This document shows, in pieces, positions 6,911-15,148 of a DNA stretch of 29,166 nucleotides. Location: the IMG/VR virus record IMGVR_UViG_3300021963_004506, positions 1-29,166 of that record; one strand, written 5' to 3'. The notes beneath the pieces were generated by a model that made no database searches, was not told the DNA's origin, and saw only the letters and a list, made by a program, of their open reading frames with translations. This DNA comes from a virus (Duplodnaviria; Caudoviricetes). The first letter of the stretch is position 1; the number at the start of each line of letters is the position of its first letter. A program made the position numbers and the translations under genes.

Positions 6911-9900
6911 ATGAGAATTGACAATCCAATAGGTATTAACGCCGCACTGACAGGGTCCTTTAGTGGATCTTTCTTTGGAAACGGTAGCGGCTTAACAGGT
7001 GTAGCAGCTTCCAACGTGGAGTATACTAACGTACTTAATAAACCAACCTTACTATCAGGTTCAGCACAAATAGCATCTCAGATATCTGGATCATTTAGTG
7101 CAGTTTCTGCATCAATTGCTTCTAGGTTTGATAACTTAGGATCTGGTTTTGCAACCGATACCGAATTAGCTAACGTCTCTTCTTCTGTTGCAGGAGATAT
7201 AACAAATATCTACAACACTTACGCTACGGATACCGAATTAGCTAACGTCTCTTCTTCTATAGCTACTAGATTTGATAACTTAGGATCTGGTTTTGCAACC
7301 GATACCGAATTAGCCGACGTTTCTTCTTCTATAGCTACTAGATTTGATAACTTAGGATCTGGTTTTGCAACCGATACTGAATTAGCTAACGTTTCTGCAT
7401 CAATTGCAGGAGATATAACAAACATATATAATACCTACGCTACGGATACTGAATTAGCTAACGTTTCTTCTTCTTTAGCTTCAAATCTAACAAGTCTTAA
7501 CACTACTGTAAACAATTTAGACAGTACTTATGCTACAGATGGACAACTAACAGCGGTATCAAGTTCAATTATAAACACAATTAGTGCTAACTTACAGACT
7601 TTTGATATAGCATCAGGATCTTTTGCAACTAGAATTGACTCTGTAAACACAACAATAAATAATCTAGGAAATACTTACGCTACTGATAGTGAATTATCAA
7701 CTATCTCTGGATCCTTTGCTACAAGATTAACAACAGATGAGAGTAACATAAGCACAGCTACAAGTGTTAACTCTACCCAAAATAATAGATTAGCAGCTTT
7801 GGAAGCAGCAACAGGTTCATATCAGTCTGGGTTGACGTTTAGTGATACAGCAGGACAGGGTGGAATTGATTTTACTAATACAGCAGGTACTATTTCTGCT
7901 ACAGTAGTAGGATTAGGTACAACAAGTAATGTAACATTTAATAACGTTACTATTAATGGTACTTCAACAGCACAAACACCTAGTAGTAATGATAACTCAA
8001 CTAAGATTGCAACAACTGCATATGTTCAAACAGAACTTACTGATTTAATCGGTGGTGCATCTGCTGCATTTGACACTTTAATAGAAATCTCAGCATCACT
8101 TGCATCAGGTGATACTACTTTAAATACTTTAGTTGACGGAAAATTATCTAAAGCTTCTAACTTATCAGATTTAACAAATACATCAACTGCTAGAACTAAC
8201 TTAGGAGTAGCTATCGGTTCAGATGTACAAGCCTATAACGCAACACTCGCTTCTGTAGCAGGAGGAACTTACAGTGGTGATGATTCTATTACAACAATAG
8301 GTACAATAGTAGCAGGTAACGTAACAAACATTTTACCAGCAGGAACAGTCAGTGGATCAGCTCAAATAGCATTGGGTTCTGCAAGCGGTAATATAGCTTT
8401 ATCTACTCAAACGACTGGTGATTATGTAGCAAGCTTAGTTGCAGGTACTGGAATTACTTTAGCAAACAATACAGGAGAAGGAGCTACTCCAACGATTACA
8501 AACTCTGCACCAGACCAGACAGTTGTACTGACAGCCGGATCTAACGTAACTATTTCAGGTACTTATCCAAGCTTTACAATTGCATCAACAGATACAAATA
8601 CTACTTATACAGCATCTACCGGCTTAACTTTAACAGGTACAGCTTTTAGTATTGATAGTACTGTAGCAACATTAACTGGTACACAAACTCTTACTAATAA
8701 AACAATAAATGGTTCTCAATTAGTAGACGGTTCTGTAGCAAATGCTAAATTAGCTAGCTCTACAATCTCAGGCGTTTCATTAGGTTCTAACTTAAATACT
8801 TTAACAATTGGAACTGGATTAAGTGGAACTTCATATAACGGTAGTGGTGCAGTAACAATTGCAAACACAGGTGTAACATCAATTACTACAAATACAGGTT
8901 TAAGTACAAACGCAAGTGCAACGGGAGGCGTAACAATTACCAACACAGGTGTAACTTCAAACGTAGCAGGAAACGCTATCACTGTAAGTGGAGCAACTGG
9001 AGCAGTTACTATTAACCACGCCGATACATCTACCGCAGCTAATTTAACCGCTTCAAGTAGAACTTATGTATCAGCATTAACATTTGATACATACGGACAC
9101 GTTACTGCATATAGTACAGCTACAGAAACTGTAACCGATACAAATACCGTAACAACTAACATAGCAGGAACAGGAATTAGTGTATCTTCAGGTACTGGTA
9201 ACTCGACGATTACAAATACAGGTGTAACATCTATTGTTGCAGGTACTGGAATTACAATCAGCGGTGCAACAGGAGCTGTCACTATCACAAACGGTATTAC
9301 CAATAATAACCAATTAACAAACGGTAGTGGATATATAACAGCGTCTTCTTCTGACACACTAACTAATAAGGGCGGTAATATCTCACAATGGACTAATAAC
9401 TCAGGATACCAAACAACATCTGGTCAAGTTGCTAAAGTAGAAAATACAGTATCGGGTACTAGTTCAGCAGACTTAGTTTACGGTAACATGGCAGATAATG
9501 ACCAGTTCCGTATTAGAATAGGAGGTACATCTTCTAACGCAGGCTTTGTAGAAATTGCAACAGCAGATGACGCTACTGAACCAATTTATGTTCGCCAATA
9601 CACAGGAGTATTTAGTTCATTGTCTAGAACAGGTGCATTATTAGATGGATCAGGTAATACAACATTCCCAGGTGATGTTACAGCTTATTCTTCTGATGAA
9701 AGATTAAAAGAAAATGTCCAAAATATACCAAACGCATTAGATAAAGTACTATCTTTAAATGGAGTAACTTTTGATTGGAAACAAGAAGCTTTCGATGCAG
9801 GATTCAATCCTAAGATTAAAAAAGAAGATGCTGGAGTATTAGCACAACAAGTACAGGCAGTGTTACCACAAGCAGTTAGACCAGCTCCTTTTGACTTAGA

Positions 9901-10045
9901 CGAAAAGGGAGGATCAAGATCAGGAGAGAATTACTTAACTGTTCAGTACGAAAAATTAGCTCCATTGTTTATTGAAGCAATAAAAGAGCAACAAAAACAA
10001 ATTCAAGAATTAAAAGCAGAATTAGAAGAACTAAAAAATAAATAA
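6911..10045 (+). CDS. Long trimeric fiber protein with C-terminal intramolecular chaperone (peptidase S74)
   Basis: Ser/Thr-rich repeats; DNSTKIATTAYV, NLSDL....TARTNLG and QTLTNKTI fiber motifs; C-terminal SDERLKEN..I.NALDKV..L.GVTFDW...GV.AQ.V..V.P...V.Y.KL...IEAIKE followed by a coiled coil. Confidence 0.9.
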   Translation: MRIDNPIGINAALTGSFSGSFFGNGSGLTGVAASNVEYTNVLNKPTLLSGSAQIASQISGSFSAVSASIASRFDNLGSGFATDTELANVSSSVAGDITNIYNTYATDTELANVSSSIATRFDNLGSGFATDTELADVSSSIATRFDNLGSGFATDTELANVSASIAGDITNIYNTYATDTELANVSSSLASNLTSLNTTVNNLDSTYATDGQLTAVSSSIINTISANLQTFDIASGSFATRIDSVNTTINNLGNTYATDSELSTISGSFATRLTTDESNISTATSVNSTQNNRLAALEAATGSYQSGLTFSDTAGQGGIDFTNTAGTISATVVGLGTTSNVTFNNVTINGTSTAQTPSSNDNSTKIATTAYVQTELTDLIGGASAAFDTLIEISASLASGDTTLNTLVDGKLSKASNLSDLTNTSTARTNLGVAIGSDVQAYNATLASVAGGTYSGDDSITTIGTIVAGNVTNILPAGTVSGSAQIALGSASGNIALSTQTTGDYVASLVAGTGITLANNTGEGATPTITNSAPDQTVVLTAGSNVTISGTYPSFTIASTDTNTTYTASTGLTLTGTAFSIDSTVATLTGTQTLTNKTINGSQLVDGSVANAKLASSTISGVSLGSNLNTLTIGTGLSGTSYNGSGAVTIANTGVTSITTNTGLSTNASATGGVTITNTGVTSNVAGNAITVSGATGAVTINHADTSTAANLTASSRTYVSALTFDTYGHVTAYSTATETVTDTNTVTTNIAGTGISVSSGTGNSTITNTGVTSIVAGTGITISGATGAVTITNGITNNNQLTNGSGYITASSSDTLTNKGGNISQWTNNSGYQTTSGQVAKVENTVSGTSSADLVYGNMADNDQFRIRIGGTSSNAGFVEIATADDATEPIYVRQYTGVFSSLSRTGALLDGSGNTTFPGDVTAYSSDERLKENVQNIPNALDKVLSLNGVTFDWKQEAFDAGFNPKIKKEDAGVLAQQVQAVLPQAVRPAPFDLDEKGGSRSGENYLTVQYEKLAPLFIEAIKEQQKQIQELKAELEELKNK
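7103..7462 (+). repeat. Five tandem 72-bp (24-aa) coding repeats, pattern A-B-A-A-B
   Basis: Units start at 7103, 7175, 7247, 7319 and 7391. A = VSSSIATRFDNLGSGFATDTELAN, B = VSSSVAGDITNIYNTYATDTELAN (consensus). DNA is near-identical within each type. Confidence 0.93.
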
Positions 10046-10047
10046 AC

Positions 10048-10599
10048 ATGGGTTTTCAGTTAAATGTCGATCTTGAGACGAGCTTAGGACCCTCGCAAGA
10101 AGTCTATGCTCGAGTAGAAGGCATAAGTTACAATAAACATACCGCGGCAGTAATGTTTCAAATTGCATACTGGGTAGATAGAAATCATGCATTAAAAGCC
10201 ACTAGGACTTTTTTGGATGAAGAACATAAAAATATGGTGGGGTTAATATATGATAAAGTAATATATTATCCAGAAGGAACGACAGAAGAAATAGAAATAC
10301 ATTTACCGCAATATTTAGATATCTTTGCAGTAAATGAAGAAGAGGTAGAGATTCCTATATATGAAACTAAAGTAACTAATAAAGAAGTTCCTTATATTAG
10401 TTTTGATGAAAATGGAGAAGAGATAACATTATATAGAACTATTATTAAAAATGAGCCGGTTCAAATAGGGGTAAAAAAAGAGGTAAAAAAAGTAATTGAT
10501 TACGGAGTTTCAAATAGATTAGCAGAATTCGCTTATAAAGCTTTGAAAGAAGAATTAGCGAAATGGTTTCCTAAAGAAAATATCGAAACAGTAAAATAA
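10048..10599 (+). CDS. Hypothetical protein (183 aa), possible fiber chaperone
   Basis: Acidic ORF starting 2 nt after the fiber stop; no motif recognised. Confidence 0.65.
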   Translation: MGFQLNVDLETSLGPSQEVYARVEGISYNKHTAAVMFQIAYWVDRNHALKATRTFLDEEHKNMVGLIYDKVIYYPEGTTEEIEIHLPQYLDIFAVNEEEVEIPIYETKVTNKEVPYISFDENGEEITLYRTIIKNEPVQIGVKKEVKKVIDYGVSNRLAEFAYKALKEELAKWFPKENIETVK

Positions 10600-10600
10600 G

Positions 10601-11065
10601 ATGTCAAGAAAAACGTACGGCGCAAATGATGTAAACTGGGGCTCTTTTGACGAATGGTCAACCTCTATTTCTGGTGATAGTAATACTTCTATTGCTACTG
10701 CTATGAACAATATGTTTCCGGCAAATACGTCTCCTTTTAGTGCAAGTGAACTTAGAAATAGTACAATTTTTAAAGGAACTATTCGCTCACAAACAGGAGG
10801 AACAGTTGCAGTTACTGCACCCTACACTGTTTCTGCTACTAGTGGTAATATAACAGTAAAGAATGTTTTCTTGAATTCTTATAATATAACAATAGAAGCA
10901 GCAGCTACATACCCTTACACATTCCATTCATGGAGAACTGCTACTGGAGCTGGTGGTACTCAAATTTCAACTTCTGCTACTTTGACTATTACTAATAGTG
11001 CTAACGCAGACTATTCCGATTACTACGCATACTTTACAACTACCCATGTAAATCCAGCTTCATAA
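10601..11065 (+). CDS. Ser/Thr-rich virion accessory or fiber-tip protein with B-repeat-like domain
   Basis: ITIEA....YTFHSW.T..G.GGTQIS....L......YYAYF resembles the InlB B-repeat / Listeria-Bacteroides repeat pattern. Confidence 0.55.
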   Translation: MSRKTYGANDVNWGSFDEWSTSISGDSNTSIATAMNNMFPANTSPFSASELRNSTIFKGTIRSQTGGTVAVTAPYTVSATSGNITVKNVFLNSYNITIEAAATYPYTFHSWRTATGAGGTQISTSATLTITNSANADYSDYYAYFTTTHVNPAS

Positions 11066-11067
11066 TA

Positions 11068-11097
11068 GTTGGATATATGTAAAAAAGTTCGTAAATT
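11068..11097 (+). promoter_or_regulatory. Putative host-sigma-type promoter GTTG-N16-TTCGTAAATT
   Basis: The same bipartite motif with identical spacing occurs at 13448 and 28175. It resembles the Bacteroidota -33 TTG / -7 TAnnTTTG promoter. Confidence 0.6.
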
Positions 11098-11118
11098 AAA
11101 TAATAAATAAATTTAGTT

Positions 11119-11973
11119 TTGAAAGTAATTTGGGTTTTAGAAAATATAAAAGATGATGAGAGAATCTACGGAAAACTAAATACTCTCATGCTTATTGCTT
11201 CTGTACAATTATGGAAGAAAAACCACCCTACTCACAACTGTGTGATGTATTGTGATAAATTAACCCTACAGTATTTAGAACGTCTCTCTATTACTCATTT
11301 ATGGGATAGTATAGAAGTATACATACACACAAGAAATATTGATAGAAACGTATTTTGGGCAGCTAGTAAAGTTGGAGTTCTTTCTCAACAAACAGAACCA
11401 GTTATCCTTATGGATAATGATACGTTAGTTTATAAACCTATTGCACACCTTTTAGAAAAAGACACAACATATGTATGTAATCTAGAGAAGGGAAGAGGAT
11501 ATTATCCTACAGGTTATGATGAAATAATAAAGAAACTAAGTTACCGCCCTCGATGGAAAACAGAATCAGCATGTGTAGCTTTTTTATATCTTCCAGATCC
11601 AAAATTTACTAGGTTATATGCTAATATGAGTTTAGATATGATGGAAGAGTTGACTGCTTTAGGAGCACCAAATTCACAATACTTAATTTTTTCTGAGCAA
11701 TTACTTTTGAGACATCTTCTAGAAATTAAAAACAAACCCCTTAAAGGTCTTATAAGAACCTATTGGGATTGTCAGGCATGGCAGTGGGGGGAAGATCATA
11801 AAGACGGTATATGGACCTTTCATGAATCTCAACAGTACTTTAAGCATTACGGGCCTTTGAAAACCTGGATTATAAAAAATGAAGGAGATCAAGATTATAA
11901 AAAGGAAATAAAAGAGTTGGAAAATTGCGTAAATATGCCTAACTTAGACCTATCGTTTATGACGGTAATGTAA
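11119..11973 (+). CDS. Putative GT-A-fold glycosyltransferase (DUF6734-like), TTG start
   Basis: SVQLWKK...MYCD, FWAASKV....Q.EP.ILMDND (DxD motif), EQLLL and a late H.G motif. Confidence 0.55.
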   Translation: MKVIWVLENIKDDERIYGKLNTLMLIASVQLWKKNHPTHNCVMYCDKLTLQYLERLSITHLWDSIEVYIHTRNIDRNVFWAASKVGVLSQQTEPVILMDNDTLVYKPIAHLLEKDTTYVCNLEKGRGYYPTGYDEIIKKLSYRPRWKTESACVAFLYLPDPKFTRLYANMSLDMMEELTALGAPNSQYLIFSEQLLLRHLLEIKNKPLKGLIRTYWDCQAWQWGEDHKDGIWTFHESQQYFKHYGPLKTWIIKNEGDQDYKKEIKELENCVNMPNLDLSFMTVM

Positions 11974-12726
11974 ATGTCAATAGTAGATTTAAAATACATA
12001 CAGGAAAAAATAACTACCAACAACGGAACTCCAGTAGATTATAGATGGACACATGGCGCAACAGATAAGCATCTCGGAGACGGATTAATAGTTTATAGCA
12101 TCATACAAATGATGCGAGCAAAGGTATGTGTATGTATTGGATCTGGGAGCGGATTCATTCCCCGTATAATGACACAAGCTCGAATTGACTTATATAACCA
12201 AGGTATTTTTGAAGGAAATGGAGACTACAATTGGGGTGACATTGGGACTACTTACGTTGTTGATGCTTGTAACGGCATTGGTGGCCCTAACGATTTGGAT
12301 AACGAAGATTCATTCTACAGGAAGAACTTTTATCCGAGATTTATTAAATCGACTTCTCTCGACGCCTATTATGATTTCTTTGTTCGACAAGATATTCAAA
12401 TAGATTTTCTTTTTATAGATGGAGACCATTCCTACGAAGGAGTTAAGATAGATTTTGAACTTTACTCAAAACTATTATCTCCATCCGGTCTCATAATGTT
12501 GCACGATACGGACTCTACTTATGAAGAGACTTTAATAATTTCGGAAGATGCAAAAAAAGATCATCATAGATTTGACGGTCCTTCTAAACTAGTAGTAGAA
12601 TTAAAAGAGTCTAAAGAGTGGAATGTGATGAACTTCCATAACTTTGGAATAGTAAAAGATAAACCATCCTCATCAGGAATAACAGTTATACAGTATGCTC
12701 AATCTAGTAACAGTAGTAGGACGTAA
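11974..12726 (+). CDS. Class I SAM-dependent methyltransferase (Methyltransf_24-like)
   Basis: VCIGSGSG motif I and IDFLFIDGDHSYEGV..D......L...G.I.LHD. Confidence 0.88.
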   Translation: MSIVDLKYIQEKITTNNGTPVDYRWTHGATDKHLGDGLIVYSIIQMMRAKVCVCIGSGSGFIPRIMTQARIDLYNQGIFEGNGDYNWGDIGTTYVVDACNGIGGPNDLDNEDSFYRKNFYPRFIKSTSLDAYYDFFVRQDIQIDFLFIDGDHSYEGVKIDFELYSKLLSPSGLIMLHDTDSTYEETLIISEDAKKDHHRFDGPSKLVVELKESKEWNVMNFHNFGIVKDKPSSSGITVIQYAQSSNSSRT

Positions 12727-13534
12727 TACTCACTTACTCCCTCATATGTTAAAACATTATGAAGGAAAAGTTGATAAAAATTATGTAGCAGTTTACCGTC
12801 AAGACGAAAATGACGGAGTACTAGAAGAAGTTTTAGACTTAGGAATTAATCCTTATATAATTGTTACAGATGAGAAATACAACTGGGAGAGAGTGACCGC
12901 TCTTTATAACTTCGTAAAACAAACTAAACCTAACGATTGGTGGATAGTTTCAGATGATGATGAGCTACAAGTATACCCTTACGAAATTTCAGATATAATT
13001 AAAGAATGTGAAAAGCATGGTTACGACTTTGTAACAGGTGGCTTTTTAGATAGAATAGGACCTGATGGTTCTTTTCCGGAAGTAGATAGAGAAACAAATA
13101 TCCATTCTGCTTTTCCTTATGCAGGTTTTTTTAGACACCCAATGTCTAAAGCATGTCCTAATAAAGTGACTCTAATGAAGGGGTTTCAAGATGTATGCTC
13201 AGGACAGCATTATGCTACCTTTAAAGATAGAACAAACAGCTGGGGGAAAGCACACCCGAAAAGAATGCCTATTGAGGAAGTATTTACTCAAGTGCATCAT
13301 TTCAAATGGGACGCTACTTGTGTGGAGAGAATAAAAGAAGTAGCTGATGTTGATAAGCCTTATGCATATTCCGCCGAGTATAAAACAATGTACAATGCTA
13401 TAAAAGTATTTGACTGGAAAATTGATATATGTAATCCTGAATTCAAAGTTGAAAAATTGAATAATTTTTCGTATATTGATTATATGGATTACTCCAAATG
13501 GAATTTATTAAGAGATAAAATTGTTACAATATGA
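12695..13534 (+). CDS. GT2-like glycosyltransferase
   Basis: L.HMLKHY, WWIVSDDDE (DxD motif), G.H and VHHFKW, typical of Glyco_tranf_2_4/GT92-like proteins. Confidence 0.72.
   Translation: MLNLVTVVGRNTHLLPHMLKHYEGKVDKNYVAVYRQDENDGVLEEVLDLGINPYIIVTDEKYNWERVTALYNFVKQTKPNDWWIVSDDDELQVYPYEISDIIKECEKHGYDFVTGGFLDRIGPDGSFPEVDRETNIHSAFPYAGFFRHPMSKACPNKVTLMKGFQDVCSGQHYATFKDRTNSWGKAHPKRMPIEEVFTQVHHFKWDATCVERIKEVADVDKPYAYSAEYKTMYNAIKVFDWKIDICNPEFKVEKLNNFSYIDYMDYSKWNLLRDKIVTI
13448..13477 (+). promoter_or_regulatory. Internal promoter-like motif GTTG-N16-TTCGTATATT
   Basis: Lies inside the 3' end of the GT2-like gene, 53 nt before ATG 13531, with the same spacing as the copies at 11068 and 28175. Confidence 0.55.
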
Positions 13535-13740
13535 ACAAAACACTAAAACAAGATGAATTAGATCTAATCGCTTTAGAAGAAAGAAAGGTTAGAGCTTTAG
13601 AAAAGATTGCAGCATCTATGGATGCATTAACTATTTGGTTTGAAGAGATTGATAAGGACGATTGGAGTGAACGTGTGCAATTCTACTTAACAGAATTTCA
13701 TAAATTCCAATCACCAAAAGATCCAACCATAAATGGATAA
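13531..13740 (+). CDS. Hypothetical protein (69 aa)
   Basis: ATGA-coupled to the upstream gene and overlapping the downstream gene; acidic and helical. Confidence 0.65.
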   Translation: MNKTLKQDELDLIALEERKVRALEKIAASMDALTIWFEEIDKDDWSERVQFYLTEFHKFQSPKDPTING

Positions 13741-15148
13741 ACTTGGTCTTATAGTACCTTATAAGAATAGACCTCAACAACTTTTCGATTTTAAACTAAA
13801 GATTTCTGGATACCTTACAGAATATAGTATCAACTACGAACTTATTATTGTAGAACAAAACGATACAAAAAGTTTCAATAGAGGTAAACTTTTAAATATA
13901 GGGTTTGAAAAAGCAAAAGCTTTGGGGTGTACTTATGTATGCTTTCATGACGTTGATATGCATCCAGTTAAGGTAGACTATAGTCCGGTAGATAAACCAA
14001 CACAATTAGCTAATCGATTTGTATACGAAGAAGGTGTACATAGAACTATCACAGATGACTATTTTGGAGGAGTTACTTTGTTCCCTGTTTCGCAGTTTGA
14101 GGATATCAACGGATATTCAAACGAATACTGGGGTTGGGGATTCGAAGATAACGACTTACTAGCTAGATGTAGAGAGAAAGGAATTCCCCTTGGAAATAAG
14201 TTTTATAAGCAAAACGGTATAAACGGAATAGGGTTAGAATTTAACGGAGAATCTTCTCTTGTTAGATTTCCTAATGTATGTAATTTTAGAAAACCTCTAA
14301 CGATTTATACAACCTTTAAACCTTATAGAGTTAAAACAACATCGACAGAGATTACAGATGAATTCGCAATATACTCTATACCAGGTCAAGATCTAAATTT
14401 ATCATATAACTCTTTTAATACTTATAAATTTGAGACATTTAATAAGTATGGAGAACCTCATTCTATACATACAAAGAACTTACCACCGTTAGCATGTAAG
14501 AGTATAGTAACAATCAATCCAAGAACTAAGCAAATTGAGTTCTACTTGAACGGAGAGAAAATAGGTAGAAAAGGAATCAAAGACTTACTATACCCGTACT
14601 GGGATGAAGAGTATATGTACTTAGGAGTAGGTAATCCTTTACGAGAAGAAAAGCAAAAATACTACTACGGGTATATTACAGAATTTGCTATCTTTAGTAG
14701 AGAGTTAAATCCTGCTGAGATCAAAACATTAAGTAGTAACTCTAGGCACGGATTGACTCAGGAGTTTGGAGACTATTCACCACATACAGACCTAGAAGTT
14801 TACTACGACGGTAAGCACACGGTTGGTAATACTATTAAAGACTTGTCAGGTAATAATAAAGACGGACAGCTTATAGACTGCGGTTTAGTAGAAACCTTCC
14901 AGCCTCAAGAATATACTCAATTAGTTCCAAGCCGAAGATACAGTACATTCAAAGTCTTAAAGCATAAAGAGAACGGATATCAAGACGGGTACTGGGTCAA
15001 TTGGGCTAGTAGAGAAAATCAAATGAGGTATTACGAAAAGATTAAAGACGGACTTACTTTAGATTCTGACGGATTAAGTACACTACGTTATAAAACACTT
15101 TCGAGTAAAAACAAAGATAATTATCACCATTTAGTAGTTACGTTATGA
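13733..15148 (+). CDS. GT7 (beta-1,4-galactosyltransferase-like) glycosyltransferase with inserted LamG-like domain
   Basis: IVPYKNR, FNRGKLLNIG, FHDVD, YFGGV, INGYSNEYWGWGFEDND and C-terminal DGLSTLRY. The insert has FNG, FYLNG, G.I.EFAIFSREL...EI and DLSGN. Confidence 0.88.
   Translation: MDKLGLIVPYKNRPQQLFDFKLKISGYLTEYSINYELIIVEQNDTKSFNRGKLLNIGFEKAKALGCTYVCFHDVDMHPVKVDYSPVDKPTQLANRFVYEEGVHRTITDDYFGGVTLFPVSQFEDINGYSNEYWGWGFEDNDLLARCREKGIPLGNKFYKQNGINGIGLEFNGESSLVRFPNVCNFRKPLTIYTTFKPYRVKTTSTEITDEFAIYSIPGQDLNLSYNSFNTYKFETFNKYGEPHSIHTKNLPPLACKSIVTINPRTKQIEFYLNGEKIGRKGIKDLLYPYWDEEYMYLGVGNPLREEKQKYYYGYITEFAIFSRELNPAEIKTLSSNSRHGLTQEFGDYSPHTDLEVYYDGKHTVGNTIKDLSGNNKDGQLIDCGLVETFQPQEYTQLVPSRRYSTFKVLKHKENGYQDGYWVNWASRENQMRYYEKIKDGLTLDSDGLSTLRYKTLSSKNKDNYHHLVVTL

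Noticed and set aside
7103-7462. Possible CRISPR array or DGR template/variable repeat
   Set aside because: The units are contiguous in-frame 72-bp coding repeats with no unique spacers. Differences are not adenine-specific, and no cas or reverse transcriptase gene is in the window.
12185-12403. Alternative-frame 72-aa plus-strand ORF
   Set aside because: Fully nested in the methyltransferase gene, non-ATG start, no motif.
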